Assembly: GCA_013204585.1 (NCBI GenBank)
Contig: JABMNL010000035.1
Span: 10,803 to 74,802 of the forward strand
Reading direction: 5' to 3'
DNA length: 64,000 nt
Source of the DNA: SAR202 cluster bacterium
Lineage (GTDB): Bacteria > Chloroflexota > Dehalococcoidia > Lucifugimonadales > UBA3495
A program made the translations under genes and the position numbers. Under the pieces are notes generated by a model, which searched no databases, had not been told where the DNA came from, and saw only the letters and a program-made list of their open reading frames with translations. Shown in pieces: positions 20,320-29,950 of this stretch. Within the stretch, counting starts at the first letter, position 1, and every line of letters starts with the position of its first letter.

Positions 20320-21831
20320 CTACACCCCTGGAATCGTCTGGACGCCAACGTTGATGACTCGCATCAACGGTTCCGGCCAGACGCCGACAAAGATAATGAT
20401 TCCCACAAAGGCTGCGCCAACAGACATTTCGATGGGGCTGGCATCCTTAAGATCGGGCCACTGAGGGTCTGCCTCGCCCAAGAAAGTGCGCGCAAGTAGA
20501 CGCAGAATATAAACCGCAGTCAGCGCTGCGCCTATGACGGCAATAATAGCCAATGGCATATAGGTACGGAACGCGCCGACAAACACCATGAACTCGGCAA
20601 CGAACCCACTTAGCCCTGGCAAGCCCAAAGAAGCCAGACCGGCTATGGCGAAGAAGAAACTGTTGACCGGCATCCGGCCGACGAGACCTTTGAGTACCAT
20701 GATGTCTCTGGTGTGAGTCTGATGATAAATCGCTCCAACCAGTAGGAACATCAGGCCCGTCATGACGCCATGGGAGAACATCTGGAGCACCGCGCCGCCC
20801 ATGCCGACATTGTCCAGGGTGGCGATACCAATAATCACATAGCCCATATGGCTAACGCTGGAATATCCGATGATGTACTTCAGGTCCTTCTGAGACATGG
20901 CCGAAACCGCGCCATAGATGACGTTCACCGCGCCCAAGCTGACCAACACCGGCATCCAGTTGTCGGCGCCCTCGGGCAGCAGGAATATGCCAACCCGGAT
21001 GATGCCGTAGGCCCCCAGTTTCATCAGTACGCCAGCATGGAGCATGCTTACCGCAGTGGGTGCGGCCACGTGGCCGTCGGGCGACCAAGTATGGAAGGGC
21101 CAAAGGCCAGCCAGCACGCCAAAGCCCACCATGAACAGTGGGAACACCCAGGTCTGGAACGTAGGATCGAATTGGCCGGTCTGGGCGAGTACCCCCAAGC
21201 CCTGGAGCGAGAATGTCGCCGCGCCGTTGTTGGCAGCCTCGACGTACACCGCCAAGATGCCCACCCAAACTAGGATGCTACCTGCCACCAAGAACAATAT
21301 TAGCTTCATCGCCCCGTATTCTTTGGTGCGCAGGAAGGTCCCGAAATCGGTGCTGCTGCCCCAAACGCCAATCAACAGGTACATGGGCAGCACGGCCAGT
21401 TCGTAGAAGAAGAATAGGAAGAACAAGTCGCGAACGGCGAACACGCCATAGACTCCAGCGGACAAGGCCAAGAGCAGCACAAAGAAGTCCCGGGTGCGGT
21501 GCTTAATGGTCTGGGAAATCAGCACTCCGCCGAACAGAATGATGCCATTCAGCAGTACCAGCGGGGCCGAGATTCCGTCAATACCAAGGGACAGGTTGAT
21601 GTCCAGCGGGCCGGGCAGCCATTCGTAGGTTCTAATGAACTGGAACCCACCCAAGTCGTAGTCGTACCGGGCGAATATGATTAGCGACAGGGCCAGTGAA
21701 ATACCAGATACGAAGATGGCGAAATACCAGGCTTCTTTCTTATCTTCGCCCGGCATAAACATCATCAACAGCGACCCAGCAAGTGGCACCATTATCAGCA
21801 GCAGCAGCGCTACTTGATTGAAATCATTCAT
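20320..21831 (-). CDS. nuoM: NADH-quinone oxidoreductase subunit M
   Basis: FFFYELAVLP, PFHTWSPDGHVAAP, KLGAYG and SLGLPGLSGFVAEF. Confidence 0.95.
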   Translation of the reverse strand: MNDFNQVALLLLIMVPLAGSLLMMFMPGEDKKEAWYFAIFVSGISLALSLIIFARYDYDLGGFQFIRTYEWLPGPLDINLSLGIDGISAPLVLLNGIILFGGVLISQTIKHRTRDFFVLLLALSAGVYGVFAVRDLFFLFFFYELAVLPMYLLIGVWGSSTDFGTFLRTKEYGAMKLILFLVAGSILVWVGILAVYVEAANNGAATFSLQGLGVLAQTGQFDPTFQTWVFPLFMVGFGVLAGLWPFHTWSPDGHVAAPTAVSMLHAGVLMKLGAYGIIRVGIFLLPEGADNWMPVLVSLGAVNVIYGAVSAMSQKDLKYIIGYSSVSHMGYVIIGIATLDNVGMGGAVLQMFSHGVMTGLMFLLVGAIYHQTHTRDIMVLKGLVGRMPVNSFFFAIAGLASLGLPGLSGFVAEFMVFVGAFRTYMPLAIIAVIGAALTAVYILRLLARTFLGEADPQWPDLKDASPIEMSVGAAFVGIIIFVGVWPEPLMRVINVGVQTIPGV

Positions 21832-21899
21832 GATAGACAGTCCGTCACCAGATGCGCAGAGCCGAAGTTAGCAATTGTTATGAAGAGTTCAGCGCACAT

Positions 21900-23843
21900 T
21901 TACACTGTCCTCAACCAAACAAAAATGCTCAAGCCAATCGTCCCCAGGGCCATTCCCAGCACATAGGCATAAACGTGTCCGGTAATATGCAGCCGCATCT
22001 TGATGCCGACCTCTCGCGCCACATCGGCGGGGCCGTTCACGATAATGTCATTAACGATTGCCCGGTCGAAATACGCGATGAAGCCAGAGATACCTAACAC
22101 CACTCGGTCGATGGTCCACTGATAGACCTCATCGAAGTAATATTTGTTTTCGATAACGTTGAGAATCCAGGAAAAACGCGAACGCGCGTAGTCGAGATCT
22201 ATGCTCCGTTTGGCGTAGGTCAGATAAGCGAAGATGAAGGCACCAACGGCCAGGACAATGGAAACCGCGCCCAGCCAGACCTCGAAGTGGAACTCTTCCC
22301 CGTGGCCAAAGAACACGAAGGTGCCTATTCCGCCGAAATCGCCGGGCCAGTTGAAACTGATGAGACCGAACCCTAAGGCGAGCACTCCCAACAACGCCAT
22401 CGGCATGGTCATTCCGATGGGCGATTCGTGGGCGTGGTTGTTCTTTTCCTTCAAGTCACCGAAGAACACGATGAACATCGCCCGCCCCATGTAGAGCGCG
22501 CTCAGCAGGGCGGTGAATAAGGCCATTACCAAGAACGCGGTGTTCCGATTGTCACTCACTGCCAGCAATATCTCATCCTTGCTCCAGAAGCCGGCCAAGA
22601 TGGGAATACCGCCAAGGGACAATGCGCCAATGGAGAAGACCAGGGCAGTCAAGGGCATGACCTTCCTGAGTCCGCCCATTTCGCCAGTGTCTTGAAATTC
22701 AGTGCTGTGTAGGACGCTGCCTGCTCCCAGGAACAACAGCGCCTTGGAGAACCCGTGGGCCATCAGATGGAATATGGCAGCGGTGTAGCCGAACGCTCCC
22801 AAGGACAGCATCATCAAACCCAGGTGGCTAATGGTGGAGTAGGCCAGTATCCGCTTTAGGTCGGTGGAAACCAGGGCGATGGAAGCGGCCATCAGCGCAG
22901 TAACCAAGCCAACGATAGCCACAATCAGTAACGGGTCGGCGTCGTAGGCCGAGAAGATGGGGTAGGTGCGGGCCACCAGGTAAACTCCCGCCACCACCAT
23001 CGTCGCAGCATGAATCAGCGCGCTAACCGGGGTCGGGCCTTCCATGGCGTCGGGCAACCAAACGTGGAACGGTACTTGGGCCGACTTTCCCATTGCGCCC
23101 AAGAACAGCAGCAGCGCAGCTGCGGTGGCCACTCCTTGACTCATACCTTCTTGTCCATGGGTCATTACCCCAACACGTACGGCCTCGAAGGCGTCCGTCA
23201 TGCCAAAGCTACCCACGTCCCGCCAGATGAGCAAAATGCCAATCAACAGCCCAACATCGCCTATTCTGGTGACGATAAATGCTTTCTTGGCCGCTTCCCT
23301 CGGCTCGGGCCGTTCGTGCCAGAACCCAATCAACAGATACGAGCAGATTCCCACCAGCTCCCAGGCGATGTAGAGCAGCAGGAAGTTGTCGGCCAGCACC
23401 AGGGTCAACATGGCGGCGGCAAACATGGAATGGACGGCGAAATACCAGCCAAAACGAGGGTCGCCTTCCATGTAGACCATGGAGTAAATCTGGACCATCA
23501 GGGCTACAAAGGTCACCAAGCCCAGCATCACGATGGTCAGCGGATCAATTAGTATTCCCCAGTGCAGACTGACGCTGCCGACCGCCCCGATTACTCCGGC
23601 GTTGAACCAACTCCGGTCATAATCGCAGGTCAGCATTCCGGAGTTTTCGCTGATGAAACAACCCATGGTGGCGACATCGGCATTCAGCCAAGAATTGAGC
23701 ACGAACCAGAAGACGACAAACCCACCGGCGATGGCCAAAATTGACAGCCACGAGCCACGCTCGGGCAGATATCTGCCAAAGACCACAATCACCGGCGCGG
23801 CGGCGAAGCAGAACACTGGTATCAGCCAAGCCCATTGCATCAA
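21900..23843 (-). CDS. nuoL: NADH-quinone oxidoreductase subunit L
   Basis: GKSAQVPFHVWLPDAMEGPTPVSALIHAATMV and GFWSKDEIL. Confidence 0.96.
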   Translation of the reverse strand: MMQWAWLIPVFCFAAAPVIVVFGRYLPERGSWLSILAIAGGFVVFWFVLNSWLNADVATMGCFISENSGMLTCDYDRSWFNAGVIGAVGSVSLHWGILIDPLTIVMLGLVTFVALMVQIYSMVYMEGDPRFGWYFAVHSMFAAAMLTLVLADNFLLLYIAWELVGICSYLLIGFWHERPEPREAAKKAFIVTRIGDVGLLIGILLIWRDVGSFGMTDAFEAVRVGVMTHGQEGMSQGVATAAALLLFLGAMGKSAQVPFHVWLPDAMEGPTPVSALIHAATMVVAGVYLVARTYPIFSAYDADPLLIVAIVGLVTALMAASIALVSTDLKRILAYSTISHLGLMMLSLGAFGYTAAIFHLMAHGFSKALLFLGAGSVLHSTEFQDTGEMGGLRKVMPLTALVFSIGALSLGGIPILAGFWSKDEILLAVSDNRNTAFLVMALFTALLSALYMGRAMFIVFFGDLKEKNNHAHESPIGMTMPMALLGVLALGFGLISFNWPGDFGGIGTFVFFGHGEEFHFEVWLGAVSIVLAVGAFIFAYLTYAKRSIDLDYARSRFSWILNVIENKYYFDEVYQWTIDRVVLGISGFIAYFDRAIVNDIIVNGPADVAREVGIKMRLHITGHVYAYVLGMALGTIGLSIFVWLRTV

Positions 23844-23868
23844 ACGGTCACCCTATGTGCTTGGGCAT

Positions 23869-24189
23869 TTACCATTTCATCAAATCAATCTCATCGACGT
23901 TGACCGTCGACTTGTTACGGAACATTCGCAGAATTATGGCCAACGCCAAGCCGACCTCGGCCGCAGCCACGGTGATGATAAAAATCGCAATTAACTGACC
24001 ATCGAAGTTGGCAAAGCTGCCGATACCTTCCATGTGGGAGGCGGCGGCAATGAGGTTGATGTTCACCGCGTTCAGCATTAGCTCGATGGACATCACAATG
24101 AGCACTGCGGAGCGTCGGGCCATGACGCCGTAGATGCCGATGGCGAATAGGGCGGCGCTGAGGAGTTGGAACCAGACCAAATCAACCAT
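23869..24189 (-). CDS. nuoK: NADH-quinone oxidoreductase subunit K
   Basis: MSIELMLNAVNINL and VAAAEVGLALAI. Confidence 0.95.
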   Translation of the reverse strand: MVDLVWFQLLSAALFAIGIYGVMARRSAVLIVMSIELMLNAVNINLIAAASHMEGIGSFANFDGQLIAIFIITVAAAEVGLALAIILRMFRNKSTVNVDEIDLMKW

Positions 24190-24192
24190 CGT

Positions 24193-24717
24193 CTAGTTAT
24201 CTCCGTCGTCTGGGCTGGCCGCGTCGTCGGAACGCGCCCCGTCATCGGAACGCGCAATAATAATCGCCCCAATTAAGGCCACCAAGAGAACCAAGGACGC
24301 AATTTCAAAGGGGACGGCCCAAGTGGTGAAAAGTGCTTCGCCAATGCCGGTCAAAGAAGCGCTCTGGGAATGAGTTCCCTCAACTGAGTTGATGGCGAAG
24401 GCCGGGACAAGGATCCCCATTAGCGCCAATGCGGCGATTGCGGCCAAGGGCCACTGTTTGTTGTCGGTGATGCGGGGATACTCGTCGTTCCGGGTCATCA
24501 TGATGGCAAACAGAAGGACGATGATTATCGCCCCGCCGTAAATCAATACTTGCACCAGAGCGAGGAACTCGGCGAACAGCACCAAATAGATGCCGGCCAC
24601 TGCCACCAAAGAGACCAATAGGGACAACGCTGCGTGCACTACATTACGGGTAGCGACTACACCCAGCCCGCCGCCAATGGTCAATACGGCCAATAATATG
24701 AAAACGAACCAAGCCAT
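24193..24717 (-). CDS. nuoJ: NADH-quinone oxidoreductase subunit J
   Basis: AEFLALVQVLIYGGAI and PFEIASLVLLVALIGAI. Confidence 0.93.
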   Translation of the reverse strand: MAWFVFILLAVLTIGGGLGVVATRNVVHAALSLLVSLVAVAGIYLVLFAEFLALVQVLIYGGAIIIVLLFAIMMTRNDEYPRITDNKQWPLAAIAALALMGILVPAFAINSVEGTHSQSASLTGIGEALFTTWAVPFEIASLVLLVALIGAIIIARSDDGARSDDAASPDDGDN

Positions 24718-25284
24718 CTACTTGGACTCAGCCTCGGCAGCCGCTGGCCCGGTGCCCGTGTCACCGCCCGTTACTGCTTTCACCCGTTTGGTCGGCGGTA
24801 TCCAGTCCGTTGCCTTCTGATGCTTCTGTCCAATTTCCAGCAAAGCCGACAAGTCGACACGGTCTCCGTTGCGGTTGTAAGTGCTCATTTCGTGTTCATG
24901 GGTCATCACGATTGCATCGAAATTACACACCTCGACGCAAATCCCGCAAAGTATACACCGGTTGAGATTGATCTCGAACGTATCAACGATCTTTCTACGG
25001 GTACTTTTTTCCTCTATGAAGAGAGGATTATCTTTCATCACCGCCGACATGCATTGGGTCGGGCAACCCCGTATACAGACCATGCAACTGGTGCAGTAGG
25101 GTTCACCCACAGTCTCATCCCAAGTCAGCGCCGGAAAGCCCATGAACCGGTCTTTCACCGGGGTTGGCTCGTCATGACGTTTCAGCAGATTGCCGGTGGA
25201 CGGATATTGGCGCGTCACCGGCGCCCGCAACCCATGCATGGTCGACACCAGAGTCACAACCAACCCTTTCAGGCTGTTAAACAT
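24718..25284 (-). CDS. nuoI: NADH-quinone oxidoreductase subunit I
   Basis: Two CxxCxxCxxxC motifs (CTSCMVCIRGCP and CILCGICVEVC). Confidence 0.92.
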   Translation of the reverse strand: MFNSLKGLVVTLVSTMHGLRAPVTRQYPSTGNLLKRHDEPTPVKDRFMGFPALTWDETVGEPYCTSCMVCIRGCPTQCMSAVMKDNPLFIEEKSTRRKIVDTFEINLNRCILCGICVEVCNFDAIVMTHEHEMSTYNRNGDRVDLSALLEIGQKHQKATDWIPPTKRVKAVTGGDTGTGPAAAEAESK

Positions 25285-25287
25285 CTG

Positions 25288-26448
25288 TTAGTCTCCTCCT
25301 GCCGGGGCATTCGCCGCTGCTTTGCGTTGGGCTTGCAACGCCTCCTGCCTGCTCCGAACCTGAGCCACCAACCGTGTGGAGCCGGTCATCCGCTTGTATA
25401 TCAAGTAGCCAACCACTAATAGAGCTGTTGACGACATGGCGGTGAGAGACCAGGCTGGCCATTCGTAGAACTGGTACACGGCGGTCATCACCACTGACAG
25501 GAAGGACATTGGCACCATTACTTTCCAGGCAAAGGCCATTAATTGGTCGATACGCAGCCGTGGGAAGGTACCCCGAATCCAGAAGATGACCATGATGACC
25601 ATGTAGACCTTGAACAGGAACCAGATGATTTCCCAGTTGCCAGACAGTCCAGGCCCGGACCAGCCACCGAAGAACAGGATTACGGTGAGCGCGGCAACGG
25701 CAAAGGTATTGATGTATTCAGCCAGGAAGAAGACCGACCAGTGGGCACCGCTGTATTCGACGAAAGGCCCGCCGACAATTTCAGACTCGGCGAAGTAAAT
25801 ATCAAAGGGTGTCCGGCCTACTTCCGCCAGCCCGGCGATGAAGAACAGTACCAGTCCCAAAGGCTGCACCAGCAAGAAAATGTATTCGTCTTGCGCGCTG
25901 ACTATCTCTCTTAAGTCCAGCGACTGGGCCAGCATGGCCACCGAGACTGCCACCATGATGATAGGTATCTCGTAGCTGATTAGTTGGGCCGCTGCCCTCA
26001 GTCCGCCCAGGGTTCCATATTTGTTGGCCGAACCCCAGCCCGCCAACACTAGGCCCAGAATGCCCACCACCGAGAAGGCGATGATGTAGAACAGCCCCAT
26101 ATTCAGGTTCTGTATCACCGCGCTCTGAGTGCCGGGGATGGTCACCCAAATCATGAACGCCGAAACAACAACTATGATGGGCGCAGCCCAGAAGATGGCC
26201 TTGTCCGACGAGGCCGGGATGATGTCTTCTTTGAGGATAAGTTTCAGGGCGTCGGCCACCGGCTGCATCAAGCCCATGGGGCCGGTGCGAGTGGGCCCCA
26301 AACGCAGTTGAAGCCGCCCCAGTACCTTGCGCTCCAGCCAGGTCAATGACAGCACCACAATGGACAGAGTGGTGAACATGACCAGCAGACCAACCACTAT
26401 CCAGATGAAATCAGACAGGGCTATTGTTAAGAGAATGGTGGCCGGCAT
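25288..26448 (-). CDS. nuoH: NADH-quinone oxidoreductase subunit H
   Basis: WLERKVLGRLQLRLGP, QPVADALKL, SYEIP and RGTFPRLRIDQL. The ATG at 26448 overlaps the nuoD stop, so the track's 26514 start is an overextension. Confidence 0.95.
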   Translation of the reverse strand: MPATILLTIALSDFIWIVVGLLVMFTTLSIVVLSLTWLERKVLGRLQLRLGPTRTGPMGLMQPVADALKLILKEDIIPASSDKAIFWAAPIIVVVSAFMIWVTIPGTQSAVIQNLNMGLFYIIAFSVVGILGLVLAGWGSANKYGTLGGLRAAAQLISYEIPIIMVAVSVAMLAQSLDLREIVSAQDEYIFLLVQPLGLVLFFIAGLAEVGRTPFDIYFAESEIVGGPFVEYSGAHWSVFFLAEYINTFAVAALTVILFFGGWSGPGLSGNWEIIWFLFKVYMVIMVIFWIRGTFPRLRIDQLMAFAWKVMVPMSFLSVVMTAVYQFYEWPAWSLTAMSSTALLVVGYLIYKRMTGSTRLVAQVRSRQEALQAQRKAAANAPAGGD

Positions 26449-27578
26449 TAGCGGTCCACCTCGCCCAGCACGATGTCCAACGCGCCGAGAATCACCACGC
26501 AATCGGCGATCCAACAGTCTTTCAACATGTGCTTCAACGCCGAAAGGTTGCAGAAAGAGGGTGGTCGCACTTTGACCCTATAGGGCTTGTCGCTGCCATC
26601 GCTAATCAGGTAAACGCCAATCTCCCCCCTCGGGTTCTCAGCCCGCACGTAGACCTCGCCAGCGGGTGGGCGGAGTAGTCGCCGTCCCAGGGATGACTCC
26701 ACGCTGCCTTCCGGCAATTGGTCCAGCGCTTGCTCGACGATTCGGATCGACTGGTAAATCTCTTGAACACGCAGGTAATACCGGTCCCAGCAATCGCCAT
26801 CTAAGCCTATCGGCACGTCAAAGTCGAGCCGGTCATAGACCGAGTACGGGGCGGCTTTTCTGACGTCGTAGTCCACGCCAGAAGCACGAAGACAAGGCCC
26901 GGTTAGCCCGTAGTCAATTGCGTCCTCAGCCGTCATTACTGCGATGCCCTTCAAACGGGCCAGGAATATTTCATTGAAACTGAGGAGTTTGTCCGACTCA
27001 TCGGTGTCCGCTTTTACCAGCTCTAATAATTCTCTAACCTGCGGGACGAAGTCGTCTGGCACATCTTCTTTCAAACCGCCGAACCGGAAGTAATTGTGCA
27101 TCATCCGGGCGCCGGAAACGGCCTCGAACAGGCCTTGGATGCGCTCCCTGCCCCGGAAACAAAACATGGAAGGAGTCATTGCGCCAGCGTCCAATCCCAT
27201 GGTGGCAATGAACAGCATGTGGCTGGCAATTCGGTTTAATTCGCAGAGGATGACTCGGATGTACTCGGAGCGTTCCGAGACCTCCAGTCCCATGAGCTTC
27301 TCAACCGCGCGACAGTAAATTTGCTCGTTGTTGAAGTTGGCAATGTAGTCCATGCGGTCAAACAGGGTGATGACCTGGTTGTACTGTTCGCCTTCGCACA
27401 GTTTTTCCGAACCCCGATGGAGATAGCCGATGTGAGGTTCCACATCCACTATCTTTTCCCCGTCCACCCACAGCACCATTCGAAAGACGCCATGAGTCGA
27501 GGGGTGCTGCGGTCCCATATTCAGCAGCATCTCGATTGGTTCGCCGTTACGGTTTGTTGTTTTTGAAACCTGGGCCAT
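26448..27578 (-). CDS. nuoD: NADH-quinone oxidoreductase subunit D
   Basis: NMGPQHPSTHGVFR, GYLHRG, DRMDY and DIVLGEVDR. Confidence 0.97.
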   Translation of the reverse strand: MAQVSKTTNRNGEPIEMLLNMGPQHPSTHGVFRMVLWVDGEKIVDVEPHIGYLHRGSEKLCEGEQYNQVITLFDRMDYIANFNNEQIYCRAVEKLMGLEVSERSEYIRVILCELNRIASHMLFIATMGLDAGAMTPSMFCFRGRERIQGLFEAVSGARMMHNYFRFGGLKEDVPDDFVPQVRELLELVKADTDESDKLLSFNEIFLARLKGIAVMTAEDAIDYGLTGPCLRASGVDYDVRKAAPYSVYDRLDFDVPIGLDGDCWDRYYLRVQEIYQSIRIVEQALDQLPEGSVESSLGRRLLRPPAGEVYVRAENPRGEIGVYLISDGSDKPYRVKVRPPSFCNLSALKHMLKDCWIADCVVILGALDIVLGEVDR

Positions 27579-27580
27579 TT

Positions 27581-27913
27581 TTATTCCGGTTGGCTGTCGA
27601 TTGGACGACCGATAAACCTGATTTTCGGCTCCTGGGGCGGCTCAACTTCACTACTCATCCAGACCTCGTCGTTGAAGTAAAAACCGGCATCAATCAGGGT
27701 CGCTTCCAAAACCCCCATCTTTTCGCAATCTTCTAGATATTCCGATACCTGGCGGCGCAGCGAATTTTTTGCATCTTCAGCCGTGTCGCCAAACCCGGTA
27801 ATTACCAACTCAGGACAAACCGCCTGGTAGCCAGTCCCGGCCTTGGACTCTTCAATCTGATAAACAATCCGGTCGAAAGGCGCTTTCTTCCCGCGCTTGG
27901 GTTTATTGGCCAC
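27581..27913 (-). CDS. HicB-like fold protein (orphan, inside the nuo operon)
   Basis: GYQAVCPELVITGFGDTAEDAKNSLRRQVSEYLE matches the HicB N-terminal pattern (Y-x-A-x-x-P-x-L...G-x-T-x-E-x-A). Confidence 0.6.
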   Translation of the reverse strand: MANKPKRGKKAPFDRIVYQIEESKAGTGYQAVCPELVITGFGDTAEDAKNSLRRQVSEYLEDCEKMGVLEATLIDAGFYFNDEVWMSSEVEPPQEPKIRFIGRPIDSQPE

Positions 27914-27925
27914 GTGCAGTTGCCT

Positions 27926-28207
27926 TTATTCGCCTTCGCCTTCAAACGATACGGCGGCTTCCATGAACTCCAATTGGACTTCAGTCTCTTCGTCAACGCC
28001 CAAATACCCGGCGTCGGCTAGGACTGCGGCCAACGTATCAGTGCCGTCGTGGGACTCAATCCAGGCCCGCATGATTTGTATCAGTTCATCCTGGGCGGCT
28101 TCCAGTGTTTCGCCTTCCCCTTCCAGGTTCAGGTCGTCGATACGAGCGACAACCCGGGCCTCATCACGGTCTATCTTGGCGGTCAAGACCACTGTCTCCA
28201 TAATCAT
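27926..28207 (-). CDS. HicB-like fold protein, paralog of the neighbouring gene
   Basis: VVARIDDLNLEGEGETLEAAQDELIQIMRAWIE. AGGAGG SD upstream. Shares an L-x-DAG-[YF] motif with 27581-27913. Confidence 0.55.
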   Translation of the reverse strand: MIMETVVLTAKIDRDEARVVARIDDLNLEGEGETLEAAQDELIQIMRAWIESHDGTDTLAAVLADAGYLGVDEETEVQLEFMEAAVSFEGEGE

Positions 28208-28219
28208 CTAGCCTCCTGG

Positions 28220-28831
28220 CTAAAACTCTTCATATTCATTGAACGGAAATTCCTTGCGCCCTGGGTACCCTTCGAACCCTTCATAGAGCAGCAGCGGCGA
28301 AAGGTCAGGATGGCCGTCGAAGCTAACGCCAAACAGGTCGTGGGCCTCGCGCTCATACCAATCTGCCGCCCGCCACACGGCAGTCACAGACGGAACGATG
28401 GCATCGGAGTATGGCACATTAGTCCGAAGAGCAAAGGTGCGCTCGGGCTCTAGGGACTGAAAAACGTAGACCATTTCAAAATATTCGGAATAGTCCACGC
28501 AGGACATACAAAGCAGCATTTTGGCCGCAATGCGCGGGTCGTCTTTGATTAGTTGACAGACTTGCCGGGTGTTTTGCTTCGCAACGCTGACCTGGGGGAT
28601 GTCGTCTAAAGCGCCAGCTTGAGGATCAAATTCTTTGAGAACCTCTAGCGAAACGTCCAGCAATTCTCGCCCTGCCGGGGTCAGTGCTGCCAGCGGGTCA
28701 GCGGGGGGGCCGTCGTCAGCATGGCCGTGGCCAGCAGCTGCCGGTTTTGCCGGGGCGTCCATTATAGGCTCCGGCGGGGCATCTTTTATAGGCTCCGCCG
28801 GGGCTTCGTGATTCTCTTCTTGCTCGGCCAT
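28220..28831 (-). CDS. nuoC: NADH-quinone oxidoreductase subunit C
   Basis: ADWYEREAHDLFGVSFDGHPDL and GYPGRKEFP, with an acidic/Pro-rich N-terminal extension. Confidence 0.92.
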   Translation of the reverse strand: MAEQEENHEAPAEPIKDAPPEPIMDAPAKPAAAGHGHADDGPPADPLAALTPAGRELLDVSLEVLKEFDPQAGALDDIPQVSVAKQNTRQVCQLIKDDPRIAAKMLLCMSCVDYSEYFEMVYVFQSLEPERTFALRTNVPYSDAIVPSVTAVWRAADWYEREAHDLFGVSFDGHPDLSPLLLYEGFEGYPGRKEFPFNEYEEF

Positions 28832-29370
28832 TATTTTTTGGCGTCGCGCATGATTTTTTCTTGGAGCTTTAGTATGCCAAACATCAGCGCTTCTGGCCGT
28901 GGTGGACAGCCCGGCACATAGACGTCAACGGGCACGATGTGGTCTACGCCCATCACCACCGAATACGAGCGGTAATAGGGACCGCCGTTGGTGGCGCAGC
29001 TTCCCATGGCAATAACCCACTTGGGCTCTGGCATTTGTTCGTAGAGCAGGCGAATGGGGTCGGCCATTTTCTTGACCACCGTGCCCGCCACAATCATCAC
29101 GTCCGACTGACGCGGCGACGGCCAAGTGACCACACCGAAGCGATCAAAATCGTAGTGGGCCATGTAGGTCGAAATCATCTCGATGGCGCAGCAGGCAAGG
29201 CCAAACGACAGGGTCCAAAGGGACGACTTACGTGCCATGGCAAATAATTGGTCGGTGGAGGTGGTAATAACCCCAGGCACTTTTCCAGCGGTGGCCTGGT
29301 CAAACAAACTGGAACCTGGAACGTTGCCCCGCCCGTCTGGCATCCCCGGCCCTACTATTATTTCTGCCAT
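28831..29370 (-). CDS. nuoB: NADH-quinone oxidoreductase subunit B
   Basis: [20 protein letters not shown] and [13 protein letters not shown]. Confidence 0.97.
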   Translation of the reverse strand: MAEIIVGPGMPDGRGNVPGSSLFDQATAGKVPGVITTSTDQLFAMARKSSLWTLSFGLACCAIEMISTYMAHYDFDRFGVVTWPSPRQSDVMIVAGTVVKKMADPIRLLYEQMPEPKWVIAMGSCATNGGPYYRSYSVVMGVDHIVPVDVYVPGCPPRPEALMFGILKLQEKIMRDAKK

Positions 29371-29780
29371 TCAAGGACCCCTTTCTTCCAGGCGTAAACA
29401 ATGGCGAAAAATAGCACTCCCAAGAACATCATCATAGCGTAGAAGGGAAGTGCGTTGGCCTCGTTTATCTTTTCTTGCATGAAAATCACCGCCCAAGGAA
29501 ACAAGAACACTGCTTCAACGTCAAAAATTAGGAACAAAATCGCGAAGATATAGAACCGTACGTTAATGTTGGACCAGGCATAAGGAGTGGGCGGGATACC
29601 ACATTCGTAAGTGGTGAATTTAGCTTCGGAGTAACGCCTGGCGGAGAGGACGCGCGAAGCGGAGAACATGCCACCAATTGCCAATGTGGCGACCACCGCG
29701 GAAATTGCAACCGCGGTCCAGTTCTCCGTGAACAGTTCTGGGTTAAATGCTTGAAGTATTATCGTGGGGAAAAAAGACAT
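29358..29780 (-). CDS. nuoA: NADH-quinone oxidoreductase subunit A
   Basis: [27 protein letters not shown] and [10 protein letters not shown]. Confidence 0.95.
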   Translation of the reverse strand: MSFFPTIILQAFNPELFTENWTAVAISAVVATLAIGGMFSASRVLSARRYSEAKFTTYECGIPPTPYAWSNINVRFYIFAILFLIFDVEAVFLFPWAVIFMQEKINEANALPFYAMMMFLGVLFFAIVYAWKKGVLEWQK

Positions 29781-29820
29781 ACCACCGCAGTGTCCGAAGG
29801 GCGTCGGTGGACAGGTTGAC

Positions 29821-29871
29821 TTACACTCGAATTACGCTCGAAATATATCACTGGCCGCAGAGGGGTGTCAA
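29821..29871 (-). promoter_or_regulatory. nuo operon promoter with an adjacent 11-bp tandem repeat
   Basis: Minus strand TTGACA (29871-29866), 18 nt, TG-n-TATATT (29847-29842), followed by ttacactcgaa/ttacgctcgaa (29821-29842, plus-strand letters). Confidence 0.6.
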
Positions 29872-29950
29872 CGAAATTCGACGCCCGCCCGCAGGAGAAA
29901 TCAGTCGTCAAAATTCAGGTTCCCTTACTTGATAGACCGGTCAACATATG

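Noticed and set aside
24212-24256. Intragenic repeats in the nuoJ tail (and the nuoC N-terminus, 28740-28803)
   Set aside because: Short low-complexity linker expansions, common and unlikely to be a separate element.
27581-28207. Annotation as a standard HicAB toxin-antitoxin pair
   Set aside because: Both ORFs look HicB-like and acidic. Neither resembles the short basic HicA with its G-x-H motif.
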